Below the pieces are notes generated by a model. It was not told the DNA's origin, did no database searches, and saw only the letters and a list, made by a program, of their open reading frames with translations. Position numbers and translations under genes: made by a program. DNA of 64,000 nucleotides from Clostridiales bacterium UBA1770. Its GTDB lineage: Bacteria; Bacillota; Clostridia; Oscillospirales; CAG-272. Below are positions 52,346-61,276 of the stretch, in pieces. The stretch covers positions 84-64,083 of the forward strand of contig DCGU01000020.1 of assembly GCA_002315325.1 (NCBI GenBank). The letters are read 5' to 3'. The number at the start of each line of letters is the position of its first letter. Position 1 is the first letter of the stretch.

Positions 52346-52440
52346 GCGTTTTCCTCCTTTGCAAAGGTAAAAAAGGTAAAATAATAAAGGGGCAACCGTC
52401 GGCCGCATGGGCTGAACGTTACCCCTTCATCAGGTTGTCA

Positions 52441-52644
52441 TTAGGCCTCTTTTTTGTCGGAAGCAACGTTGAGAACCTTCTTACCGTCATAGTATCCGCA
52501 AACCTTGCAGACACGGTGAGGGAGAAGAACCTCGTTGCACGCCGGGTTAGAGCACTTTACCAATGCAGGAGCAGACAACTTGCTGTTATTGGAGCGTCTT
52601 TTATCTCTGCGAGCCTTGGAAACCTTACGTTTTGGAACTGCCAT
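52441..52644 (-). CDS. rpmF: 50S ribosomal protein L32
   Basis: MAVPKRKVSKARRDKRRSN...CxxC...CKVCG is present. An AGGAGG SD precedes the ATG at 52644. Confidence 0.95.
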   Translation of the reverse strand: MAVPKRKVSKARRDKRRSNNSKLSAPALVKCSNPACNEVLLPHRVCKVCGYYDGKKVLNVASDKKEA

Positions 52645-52725
52645 AGTATAACCTCCTCTTTGGCGCGTTGTTGACACGCCGCTTGTATATTTTTTTCATT
52701 TTTAGTTGCCGCTGTCGGTAATGAC

Positions 52726-53229
52726 TTACGTTCTGTATTTCTTCAGCACGTCCCAACGCGGATCTGTCTCCTTTTCGGGGCAGCCGCATTTGCCGTCGCG
52801 AAGCGCTTTTCCGCACTTCGGGCAAAGGCCGGGACAATCTTCCGTACACAGGAAGCGCATCGGAACAGAAAGAATCAATGCCTCACGCAGTTGTTCGTCA
52901 ACGTCCAAACTGCGGTTTTTGATGATGACGTATTCGTCGGCGTTTTCCTCCAATTCCTTTTCGGAAAGGGTACCTTCGGTCACCACCGTACGGTCAAACT
53001 GAATGCTGAACGTCCCGCGGATTTCCGAAAGACATCTGGCACAGCTTGTCACGTATGGGACCTCGGCGCAAAGGGAAAGCCGCATATACCCGGCATCGTC
53101 TGTCAACACACCGTCGACAGTCGCGTTATCCGAAAAGACAACGTCGGGCAGTGAATCGGGCTCCAACGCATAGTTGATGGACATTTCCCTGATTTCGCCG
53201 CGCAAAATCGGTCCGACATCCAAAATCAT
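52726..53229 (-). CDS. yceD: YceD/DUF177 family ribosome-maturation-associated protein
   Basis: It lies upstream of rpmF as usual and has the C-terminal CTEDCPGLCPKCG motif. The ATG at 53229 has an AGGAGG SD. Confidence 0.85.
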   Translation of the reverse strand: MILDVGPILRGEIREMSINYALEPDSLPDVVFSDNATVDGVLTDDAGYMRLSLCAEVPYVTSCARCLSEIRGTFSIQFDRTVVTEGTLSEKELEENADEYVIIKNRSLDVDEQLREALILSVPMRFLCTEDCPGLCPKCGKALRDGKCGCPEKETDPRWDVLKKYRT

Positions 53230-53452
53230 GCAGAAACCCTCCTGTGCGTCATTGCATAAAAAGCGACGATACATATTATAATAGATAGATAGATAAATGT
53301 CAAGTGATTTTCACGGAATTGCTTGTAATTATTGCCGATTACGGTCATATCTGCACGCGAAACTCGGTCGATGCTCCCCTGTCCTGTTGACAAACCCCGG
53401 CATTTTGTGATACGATAATTACCTATTATCGGATGGATTAGGAGGTGCAGCC

Positions 53453-54589
53453 ATGAACGTTACCGGCATTATTTGTGAATACAATCCCTTTCATCACGGT
53501 CACGCCTATCAGCTGCAAAAGGCACGTGAAAACGGCGCTGACGTTATCATTTGCGTGATGAGCGGTCATTTCGTGCAGCGCGGCACACCGGCCTTTTGCG
53601 ACAAATATACCCGTGCTGCCATGGCGTTGGCAGGAGGGGCCGATATCGTGCTGGAACTGCCCTACCCCTGGTGCGCCGCCTCCGCACAGTTCTTTGCGGA
53701 AGCCGGCTTATTCATTGTCAAACAGGCAGGGGCAAACGTTTTATGTTTCGGTGCCGAAACGGATGATATCGACTATTTGCAGAAGGCGGCCCTTTCGCAA
53801 AAAACGCGTTTGGGCTCCCGTACCTTTTTCGATACACTGTTGAAACGGAACGGAACAAATCCGGGGCCGAATGACCTTTTGACCATGGCGTACTTACGCG
53901 CCATGCAGAGCAGCGACGTTAAGCCCCTGCTCATTCCCCGTATCGGCACGGCGTACGATGACCCTAATGCGCCCATCACCCGGGATACTTTCCCTTCCGC
54001 CGCCGCCATACGCGCCGCCTTCAAAAGCGGCCAATCGTGGCAGGACGGCATTCCGCAGGATTGTCTTCCGTTTTTAACAAATGCCATAGCAGACGGGACG
54101 TGCCCCACCGACCCGGAGACGCTGTCTGCAGCGTATTTGACGTACTTTCGCGCCCTGCCGCCCGCATTGCGCGAATCGTTTGCCGAATGCGGCGGCGGCA
54201 TCGGCGATTTATTGTGTAAAGCGGCGAACCGTACGACAACGTATACCGCCATGCTGGAAGCGGCGCGCGCCAAACACGTCACCGACGCGCACCTTCGCCG
54301 CGCCGCATTGTTTGCGCTAACGGGAACCACGTGGAGCGATTTGGAAGCAAAACCGGCATTTTCCCTGCTTTTGGGTGCCAATACACGCGGCACGTCGTAC
54401 CTGTCCGACATTCGCAAAAAGAATTCCTTCCCGATTATCACCAAACCGGCCGACGCGGCAAAACTCGGGAAAGCGGCCGGGCGGCAGCTGCGGCTTTGGC
54501 AGCTTTCGGACAGTTTGTTCGTACAAACGCTGCCGCAGCCGGAACCCGCCGACGCCTTTTTCAAAAGAGGACCCGTTATCATTGACTGA
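53453..54589 (+). CDS. tmcAL: tRNA(Met) cytidine acetate ligase (YlbM/TmcAL family nucleotidyltransferase)
   Basis: MNVTGIICEYNPFHHGHAYQLQKARE...VMSGHFVQRGTPA...ADIVLELP is present. Confidence 0.85.
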   Translation: MNVTGIICEYNPFHHGHAYQLQKARENGADVIICVMSGHFVQRGTPAFCDKYTRAAMALAGGADIVLELPYPWCAASAQFFAEAGLFIVKQAGANVLCFGAETDDIDYLQKAALSQKTRLGSRTFFDTLLKRNGTNPGPNDLLTMAYLRAMQSSDVKPLLIPRIGTAYDDPNAPITRDTFPSAAAIRAAFKSGQSWQDGIPQDCLPFLTNAIADGTCPTDPETLSAAYLTYFRALPPALRESFAECGGGIGDLLCKAANRTTTYTAMLEAARAKHVTDAHLRRAALFALTGTTWSDLEAKPAFSLLLGANTRGTSYLSDIRKKNSFPIITKPADAAKLGKAAGRQLRLWQLSDSLFVQTLPQPEPADAFFKRGPVIID

Positions 54590-54671
54590 TAAACTTTTCC
54601 GTTGACCGGACTATCCGTCGTGCGTTGTGCATTATGCGCGGCATGGATACGACGAAAAGCAGCACGTGCCA

Positions 54672-54700
54672 TTGACAAAGAAATGACGGCATGCTATAAT
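54672..54700 (+). promoter_or_regulatory. Near-consensus promoter TTGACA-17 nt-TGcTATAAT
   Basis: -35 is at 54672-54677 and the extended -10 at 54692-54700, about 50 nt upstream of the ATG at 54751. Confidence 0.6.
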
Positions 54701-54750
54701 ACATTATTACACGCATCATTTCCCACCCGGGTTTAAAGGAGATATGAACA

Positions 54751-55041
54751 ATGGCTGAAGCAAGTCAGATTATTGATGAAAAAAACTATTTGAATTATTT
54801 GGATAAACCTTTGGTTCGCGAAGGCAACACGATTTGTTACGGCAACATGACCGACAAGGCCATTTTAATGCTGGAAATTATGTCCGTTAAGAAAACGGAC
54901 AAGGGCGAGCTGCCGGACAAAGTGTTCGTCCAGGTTGTTGATCCCAAGGATCCCAACAAAATCATCAACCAGGGCAGCAAAGACAGCCTGTACGATGCCT
55001 TTTGTATCGGTATGATTTGGCTGGAACGCGCCTTGAAATAA
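54751..55041 (+). CDS. hypothetical 96-aa protein
   Basis: The ORF has an AAAGGAG SD, a consensus promoter and its own terminator. No family was recognised. Confidence 0.5.
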   Translation: MAEASQIIDEKNYLNYLDKPLVREGNTICYGNMTDKAILMLEIMSVKKTDKGELPDKVFVQVVDPKDPNKIINQGSKDSLYDAFCIGMIWLERALK

Positions 55042-55112
55042 AGAAAATTCCAATAAAAAAGAACGGCAGTTGCAGAGTGTTCTAACGGACAGTATTGCAA
55101 GCATATATAAAA

Positions 55113-55160
55113 ATACCGGCTGAAAAGGAAGATAAATTCTTTTTCAGTCGGTATTTTTTG
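55113..55160 (+). terminator. Intrinsic terminator of the 96-aa ORF
   Basis: ATACCGGCTGAAAA...TTTTCAGTCGGTAT (one G-U pair) is followed by TTTTTT. Confidence 0.6.
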
Positions 55161-55181
55161 TCTTTTGTCGCAGCAAGCAAC

Positions 55182-55465
55182 GACTTTGGTAATCCAAAGT
55201 CAGAAAAGGTGAAATATTTGCCTTTCGGCAAATGTGAAATAATCTGCTTTGCAGATTGTGAAATATTGCTACGCAATGTGAAATGAAATAAATCCCCTCA
55301 CGGGAACCCCCAGCACTCTCTTCGTTCGCGCTGGGGAACCCCTATAACGCTCCGCAGAGCATTTCACTGTCCGAAGGACAATTTCACGAATTCCGTTCGG
55401 AATTCTTTTCACAAATCCCGTATGGGATTTATTTCGTTGCAGAGTGTCCTTCGGGACACTCTGCA
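55182..55465. other. Tiled multi-hairpin element: 7-mer linker (GTGAAAT x4, then ATTTCAC-type x4) alternating with unrelated perfect hairpins; candidate structured RNA or novel repeat
   Basis: Read by eye. The hairpins are at 55182-201, 55216-33, 55241-57, 55265-77, 55293-305, 55308-36, 55349-60, 55368-80, 55388-405, 55413-30 and 55438-65. The linkers are at 55209-15, 55234-40, 55258-64 and 55278-84, and at 55361-67, 55381-87, 55406-12 and 55431-37. The structure is certain; its function, strand and transcription are unknown. Confidence 0.5.
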
Positions 55466-55479
55466 TTGCCGCTCTTTTT

Positions 55480-56541
55480 TTATTGGATGATGCCGCCGCC
55501 GACAACAACGTCGCCGTCATACATCACGACAGCCTGCCCCGGCGCAATTGCGCGCTGGGACGTTTCAAATTCCAAATGAAGTTTTCCCTCATCCGTTGCC
55601 CAAACCGTAGCCGGTTGTTCCAACTGGCTGTAACGGACGCGGGCATAAACGCGCATCGGTGACTTGGGAGGGTCACACGCAATCCAATTGCACTCTGCCG
55701 CATCCAGGGATTTGCCCCACAAATCGGCATCGCGGCCCAAATAAACGTTGTTCGTCCGTATTTCTTTCCGTACAACGTACAGCGGTTCCGGCAGTGCCAA
55801 ACCCAGCCCCTTGCGCTGACCGACAGTGTAATGAATCAGCCCCTTATGCTGCCCCAATACACGGCCGTCTGGGCCGATGAAATCGCCGGCGGGATAAGTT
55901 TTACCCGTTGCATCGGCAATAAAGGCGGCATAGTCGCCGTCGGGAATAAAACAGATATCCTGACTGTCGTGCTTGGCGGCATTGAAGAAACCAAGTTCTG
56001 CGGCGAGTGCCCGTGCCTCATCCTTGGAGGCAAAGTTCCCCATGGGGAACAACGTGTGCGACAGTTCGTCCTGCGTCATGGCGTACAGCACGTAGCTTTG
56101 GTCTTTTTGCAGACATTTTGCTTTTTTCAAGAGATACCTTCCGCTGTTTTGTTCTTTTTCAATGCGGGCGTAGTGCCCCGTTGCCAAACGTCCCCAACCG
56201 TTTTGCCGCGCCAGCGACAACAATGCACCGAACTTCAGTTTTCTGTTGCAGTACAGGCAGGGGTTCGGGGTACGCCCCGCTTCATACTCCTGCACGAAGC
56301 GGCCCATGACCTCCGTTCGGAAAGCGTCGGCAAAATCGGCAACCTGAAAGTCAATGCCGACCGTATCGGCTACGTGCGCCGCGTCTGCCGTGGCGGTCTC
56401 CCGATTACCGAAGAGGAACATCGTGACGCCGTGACAATCGTACCCTTCCCTTTGCAAAAGCGCGGCGCAGAGAGATGAGTCCACGCCGCCGCTGAGTGCA
56501 ATCAATATGGAATTGTCGTTTATTACAGAACCGGTGCTCAT
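55480..56541 (-). CDS. mnmA: tRNA 2-thiouridine(34) synthase
   Basis: The PP-loop IALSGGVDSS is present, along with CLYCNRKLKFG, DQSYVL and the C-terminal barrel. The ATG at 56541 overlaps the iscU stop (ATGA). The track ORF is extended upstream. Confidence 0.95.
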   Translation of the reverse strand: MSTGSVINDNSILIALSGGVDSSLCAALLQREGYDCHGVTMFLFGNRETATADAAHVADTVGIDFQVADFADAFRTEVMGRFVQEYEAGRTPNPCLYCNRKLKFGALLSLARQNGWGRLATGHYARIEKEQNSGRYLLKKAKCLQKDQSYVLYAMTQDELSHTLFPMGNFASKDEARALAAELGFFNAAKHDSQDICFIPDGDYAAFIADATGKTYPAGDFIGPDGRVLGQHKGLIHYTVGQRKGLGLALPEPLYVVRKEIRTNNVYLGRDADLWGKSLDAAECNWIACDPPKSPMRVYARVRYSQLEQPATVWATDEGKLHLEFETSQRAIAPGQAVVMYDGDVVVGGGIIQ

Positions 56542-56975
56542 GCCCCGTGGTCGCAGTGCTCGCAATCTTCGCAGGCCGGGAAAATGGCGGGATCGTAAGC
56601 AATACCGTTTTTGTCGTAGTAGTCCTTGAGGGCCTTTTTGATGGCCTCCTCTGCCAATACGGAGCAATGCAGTTTGTGTGCCGGCAGACCGTCAAGCGCC
56701 TCGGCAACAGCCTTATTGGTCAGGGTCAATGCCTGGGAAATGGGTTGACCTTTGATCATTTCGGTTGCCATGGAACTGGAAGCGATGGCGGAACCGCAGC
56801 CGAACGTTTCAAACTTGACGTCAACGATAATATCGTTCTCAATCTTGAGATAAATCTTCATAATATCGCCGCACTTGGGATTGCCGACCTCGCCGACACC
56901 GTCTGCGTTATCGATGACACCGACGTTGCGGGGGTGCTGGAAGTGGTCCATTACTTTTTCACTGTATAATGCCAT
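56538..56975 (-). CDS. iscU: Fe-S cluster assembly scaffold IscU/NifU-like
   Basis: It carries HFQHPRNVG...NPKCGD...FGCGSAIASSS...HCSVLA. Confidence 0.9.
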   Translation of the reverse strand: MALYSEKVMDHFQHPRNVGVIDNADGVGEVGNPKCGDIMKIYLKIENDIIVDVKFETFGCGSAIASSSMATEMIKGQPISQALTLTNKAVAEALDGLPAHKLHCSVLAEEAIKKALKDYYDKNGIAYDPAIFPACEDCEHCDHGA

Positions 56976-57006
56976 TTTTATATCTCCTTATCGCTTTTCG
57001 TAGCAC

Positions 57007-58197
57007 TTATTTCAAAATAAATTGGCGTTTGCCGGTCTGCAGGTCGCGCCAAACGGGCGACATGCCGCGCAGATACGCAACGACCTCGGGCACAACCTGA
57101 CAAATATGCTCGATTTCCTCGGCCGTGTTATTTTCACACAGGGACAGACGCAGCGAACCGTGTGCCACTTCGTGGGGGCGGCCGATGGCCAGCAGCACGT
57201 GGCTGGGGTCGAGAGAACCCGACGTGCAGGCAGAGCCGGAAGACGCACAAACGCCCTTGGCATCCAGCAAAAGCAGGAGTGATTCACCCTCGATGCCCTC
57301 AAAGCAGAAATTGACGTTACCGGGCAGACGGGGCGATACGGCGCCGTTCAAAGCGCTGTGCGGGATTTTGGACAACTCGGCAATGAGTTTGTCCCGCAGG
57401 GCGCCGACGTAGGCAGCGTTTTTATCGATATGATCGCATGCCTCCTTCAGGGCGGCAGCCATACCCATAATGGCGGGAATGTTTTCGGTGCCGGCACGCT
57501 TACCGCGTTCCTGCGCACCGCCCTCAATCAGGTTGGTTAAAATAATGCCCTTTTTGGCATACAGCACGCCGATGCCCTTGGGTCCGTGGAACTTATGGGC
57601 GGACAGGGACAACATATCGATATTCTGTTCCTTAACGTTGATATGCAGATGACCGACGGCCTGAACGGCATCGGTGTGGAACAACACGCCGGCTTCACGG
57701 CAAACGGCGCCGATTTCGGGAATGGGCTGAATCGTACCGATTTCGTTATTGGCATACATCACGGTCACAAGACACGTGTCGGGACGAATGGCGGCCTTGA
57801 CCTCGTCAGCGGTCACAAGTCCCGATTCGTGCACGTCCAAATAGGTGACTTCAAAACCCTCTTTTTCGAGTTTCTTCAACGTGTGCAGTACGGCATGGTG
57901 TTCGAACGCCGTGGTGATAATATGTTTTTTGCCCTTCTTTTCACCCAAACGTGCGGCACTGACGATGGCCTGGTTATCGGCCTCGCTGCCGCCGGACGTA
58001 AAGATGATTTCACGTGCCTCACAGCCAAGGCAGGCTGCCACGGTTGCACGGGCATCAGCCAATGCTTCGGCAGCTTCCTGACCGATGGAGTGCAGACTGG
58101 AAGGATTGCCGTAGGTCGTTTCCATGTACGGCAGCATGGCGTCAATGGCGGTACGACTCATTTTGGTCGTTGCCGCGTTATCAGCATAAACTTGCAT
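57007..58197 (-). CDS. nifS: cysteine desulfurase (NifS/IscS type)
   Basis: The PLP-Lys motif [12 protein letters not shown] and catalytic Cys loop SSGSACTSG are present. Confidence 0.95.
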   Translation of the reverse strand: MQVYADNAATTKMSRTAIDAMLPYMETTYGNPSSLHSIGQEAAEALADARATVAACLGCEAREIIFTSGGSEADNQAIVSAARLGEKKGKKHIITTAFEHHAVLHTLKKLEKEGFEVTYLDVHESGLVTADEVKAAIRPDTCLVTVMYANNEIGTIQPIPEIGAVCREAGVLFHTDAVQAVGHLHINVKEQNIDMLSLSAHKFHGPKGIGVLYAKKGIILTNLIEGGAQERGKRAGTENIPAIMGMAAALKEACDHIDKNAAYVGALRDKLIAELSKIPHSALNGAVSPRLPGNVNFCFEGIEGESLLLLLDAKGVCASSGSACTSGSLDPSHVLLAIGRPHEVAHGSLRLSLCENNTAEEIEHICQVVPEVVAYLRGMSPVWRDLQTGKRQFILK

Positions 58198-58223
58198 TTT
58201 GTAGCCTCGATTATCTTGTTTTT

Positions 58224-58643
58224 TTATTTTTCTTCAAAGTTTTGGTCCAGCACGTCCTGGAGCGTGACGGAGTTGAGATAATTGTAAATAATCTTGTCCA
58301 GGTTTTTCCAAATCGGCAGCGTCATACATTGCCCTGCCCGTTCGCATTCGGCTGCGCCGTTTTCCAAGCACGGAATGGGTGCCAGTGACCCCTCGGCCAG
58401 CGCTACGATTTCCCCGACGGAATAGGCTGCGTTTTCCCGTGTCAAACGGTATCCGCCGACCTTGCCGCGCAGGGATTCCACGAACCCGGCCTTGTTGAGC
58501 ATGGCAATGATTGACTCCATATATTTCATGGACACTTCCTGCCGGTCACAAATGGTTTTGACGGAAACGTAACCCTCGTCACGGTGCTGCGCCAAATCAA
58601 TCATGACGCGCAGTGCATAGCGCCCTTTACTGGAAATCATCAT
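58224..58643 (-). CDS. Rrf2 family transcriptional regulator (IscR/CymR-like)
   Basis: It has [20 protein letters not shown]... and Cys ligands near [15 protein letters not shown]. It is the first gene of the Fe-S operon. Confidence 0.85.
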   Translation of the reverse strand: MMISSKGRYALRVMIDLAQHRDEGYVSVKTICDRQEVSMKYMESIIAMLNKAGFVESLRGKVGGYRLTRENAAYSVGEIVALAEGSLAPIPCLENGAAECERAGQCMTLPIWKNLDKIIYNYLNSVTLQDVLDQNFEEK

Positions 58644-58672
58644 GGTACGCTCACCTCTCTTTTCTAATTCCT

Positions 58673-58701
58673 ATTATAATACAAGGATATAAAAAAATCA
58701 A
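58673..58701 (-). promoter_or_regulatory. Promoter of the Rrf2-nifS-iscU-mnmA operon (TTGATT-17 nt-TATAAT)
   Basis: On the minus strand, -35 is at 58701-58696 and -10 at 58678-58673. Confidence 0.5.
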
Positions 58702-58733
58702 GCCTATTCCTACAAAAATAATAGGAATAGGCT
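58691..58733 (-). terminator. Intrinsic terminator after the metallophosphoesterase gene
   Basis: AGCCTATTCCTA-N9-TAGGAATAGGCT is followed on the minus strand by TGATTTTTTT. Confidence 0.7.
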
Positions 58734-58739
58734 GACTTT

Positions 58740-59858
58740 TTATGCCAATGAGATTTCTTTTTCACCAATCACGTTTTTGTCGCGGTCGGTAAACTGCACT
58801 TTGGCGTTTTTGCCGTTCAAAATCAAGGCCGCGCCGGACCACAATTGCCGCGCCCCTGGCTCCTTGCTGTATTCGGGTTTGGAACCGACAATCAGGGGAC
58901 ATGGTACGCCGCGGTCATCCCCTACTTCGCCCGGCATCACAATATGCAGCGTATGCTCGTGACCGGCGAGGAACAAATCCGGCTTGACGCTTTCCCGCAA
59001 AAGGCGGCACCACTCGGTATAAATTTCGTTTTCAATATTGAAGGGCTCGTGGTACACCGTACAAAACGGGATGTGACAAATGACCAGCTTATACTGCACG
59101 CCGGGTGCATCAAATTCACGGTCGGCACGGGCAATCAGGTCGCGGAGATAATCGGTTTCGGCCAAGCGGAACTCATGACAGGCAACGGACCCGCCGTATT
59201 CGGGATTCGTATCGCGTTTGTCCTCGCCGCAGTCCAGTACCACGCCCCAAATGGGCCCCACGCGGAACGAATAAAACGTATTGCCCTGTCGATTGGGCAT
59301 ATACTCTGCCATCCGTTCGGCAGCGATACCGCGCAGGTCGTGGTTGCCGCGCACCGACACGACGGGAATCTCACCGCGCGTCAAGTCACCGATGACGTGA
59401 TAGATGGTGTCGTAAAACGCCACGTTGCCGGATGAGTCGGGGACGTCGCCGTTGAGAATCAACAAATCCAAATCAGCCCCGAAATAGGCACCGGCGGCGA
59501 TGGCCGGTTCATCCACGTTATGCACGTCGGCAATATGATAAATATGTAACGGGCGTCCCGTCGGCAGCGGACGGAAAGCAATCGTCAGTTCTTCTTCCGG
59601 TTCGGTTTCGGGAAAATAGGGTTTGCGGTCGATAATTTTCTGCCAGTGCAGCGTGTATGCTCCGGCAGCGTCCAGGAGCGCCATGGGCACCGTGATGCGG
59701 TGCAGGCGCGTGTCGGAACGCATAACCCCGCAGGACGCGTCGGAGAAGCGTCTGCCGCCGATTTCCGCCCACATAAAGGAGGCAGCGTCCACCGGGATTA
59801 ATATCTGATACTCGTTTTCGACGGCGCACACAGCCGGATAAAATTTCAAATGATTCAT
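58740..59858 (-). CDS. calcineurin-like metallophosphoesterase
   Basis: The metal-binding blocks are IADVHN, LNGDVPD, VRGNHD and AGHEHT, and the N-terminal domain is beta-sandwich-like. Confidence 0.8.
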   Translation of the reverse strand: MNHLKFYPAVCAVENEYQILIPVDAASFMWAEIGGRRFSDASCGVMRSDTRLHRITVPMALLDAAGAYTLHWQKIIDRKPYFPETEPEEELTIAFRPLPTGRPLHIYHIADVHNVDEPAIAAGAYFGADLDLLILNGDVPDSSGNVAFYDTIYHVIGDLTRGEIPVVSVRGNHDLRGIAAERMAEYMPNRQGNTFYSFRVGPIWGVVLDCGEDKRDTNPEYGGSVACHEFRLAETDYLRDLIARADREFDAPGVQYKLVICHIPFCTVYHEPFNIENEIYTEWCRLLRESVKPDLFLAGHEHTLHIVMPGEVGDDRGVPCPLIVGSKPEYSKEPGARQLWSGAALILNGKNAKVQFTDRDKNVIGEKEISLA

Positions 59859-59879
59859 ATACTATTTCCCTCTTTTCTG

Positions 59880-61049
59880 TTATTTTCGGTTTAAGGTCAA
59901 CGAATCGAACCTGGTCAGTGAAACCAACAAACTGTCACCGTACGTCACGACGCCCTTGATATCGTCACCGGTTACCGACACGCACGGCGCCTTCGCTTCA
60001 CGTACGACGGCGTTTTTCATGCCGTGCAGTTCAAAGTCGTGGGCGGCCAATTTATCCAGGTACAAATAACCGTCCGTCCCCTCCGCATTGCTGAAATCAC
60101 GGACAGAAAAAGACCGAACGTTGCCCATGATGCAAATACGTTCCAAAACGGGCCGGTCCGGTGCCGCCCAGGAAACGTGTACGTCGGACAGTGCAACGTC
60201 CCGGATATCGCCAACACCGTTCGGAAAATCCTCCTCGTGAAACAGCGGGACGCGGCAGCCGCGCGCCATATCCATATTCAGCACGCAATACTTACAGGCA
60301 CCCGTGACGTGCGAAATATTGACGTTGGTAATGGGCGACGTCACACTGAGCAAGCGCACGAAGCAATGGCAAAAATCGGAATGGAGATTGCGCACGGTCA
60401 CGTTTTCAATGGGGCCGTTGATGACGTCAAAGCTTTCCTGCCGGTTCAGCGCGTCGTCTGCGTTGAGCGCGATAAAATCGTCGTTGGGGGACCCGTACGT
60501 ACCAAAGAAATCTTCCATAAGGAAGTTATAGCAGTAGCCGGCAAGATGAACACCGTCCTGATTGGGGCCGAGATGCTCCGTGGCAAAACGGATATCCGAC
60601 ATCACCACGTCCTTTGCCTGACAAAAACGCCAATAGTAGCAAAGCGGGTCTTTGACCGTCATATGGGTAAACGACAGGTTTTCTGCGCCACGGAAATTAA
60701 ACAAAACACCCGTCGTGGCCGTCACGTCGTACAAGTCGCTGCCGCGGTCGTTTTGGGCACAGTTGCCGTCCCAAATGCCGCCCGTTATGGAAACGTTGCG
60801 GGTAACGGTCCCCGGCCGCGTGGTCATAAAGTAGTCGTCCCTGCCCTTTTGCGCCCCGGCACCCATTTTGATATGGGCGTTCGGGTCGGCTGCAATCGTC
60901 GTGTCGGAACCGATATACACCGTGTGCCCGATGCGGTACTCGCCCGCCGGGATTGACACCGCGTTGCCGCCGGCAAAGGCCGCATTGAACGCAGCGCTGT
61001 CGTCATGCGCGCCGTCACCGACGGCGCCGAATTCTTTTATACTGATCAT
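59880..61049 (-). CDS. right-handed beta-helix protein (pectate-lyase-3/GH28-related fold)
   Basis: MISIKEFGAVGDGAHDDSAAFNAAFAGGNAVSIPAGEYRI is the characteristic N-terminus of this fold family. It is followed by repetitive beta-helix coils. Confidence 0.75.
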   Translation of the reverse strand: MISIKEFGAVGDGAHDDSAAFNAAFAGGNAVSIPAGEYRIGHTVYIGSDTTIAADPNAHIKMGAGAQKGRDDYFMTTRPGTVTRNVSITGGIWDGNCAQNDRGSDLYDVTATTGVLFNFRGAENLSFTHMTVKDPLCYYWRFCQAKDVVMSDIRFATEHLGPNQDGVHLAGYCYNFLMEDFFGTYGSPNDDFIALNADDALNRQESFDVINGPIENVTVRNLHSDFCHCFVRLLSVTSPITNVNISHVTGACKYCVLNMDMARGCRVPLFHEEDFPNGVGDIRDVALSDVHVSWAAPDRPVLERICIMGNVRSFSVRDFSNAEGTDGYLYLDKLAAHDFELHGMKNAVVREAKAPCVSVTGDDIKGVVTYGDSLLVSLTRFDSLTLNRK

Positions 61050-61276
61050 AGCTGTCCTCCCCCAATGACCGGAAACAGTACTTTTTTCGATACCGTTATA
61101 CCATATATGGCCAAATAAAGCAAGTGCCGATTGAATTTATCTGTTTTTAGGCTCTTTATATGAATATCGGCCGTAAAAATATCAATCAAAGTTTGACCTT
61201 TGGCGGCCCGCAACGTCCAAGAAGGCAATAGAGTATCTACGAGAAAACATTCTAACGTCAAAACGACAAAACCATA

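Noticed and set aside
55095-55286. 63-aa ORF (and antisense ORFs 55082-55276 and 55269-55520) inside the hairpin element
   Set aside because: There is no RBS. The sequence is fully explained by consecutive hairpins, and the reading frames are by-products of AT-rich palindromes.
55209-55437. Could the GTGAAAT-spaced array be a CRISPR array?
   Set aside because: The conserved unit is only 7 nt. The variable units are 13-18-nt perfect palindromes rather than unique spacers. The second half is in inverted orientation, and no cas genes are nearby. The logic is opposite to CRISPR.
60024-60956. 310-aa plus-strand ORF
   Set aside because: It is antisense to the beta-helix gene 59880-61049, which has the characteristic N-terminal signature.
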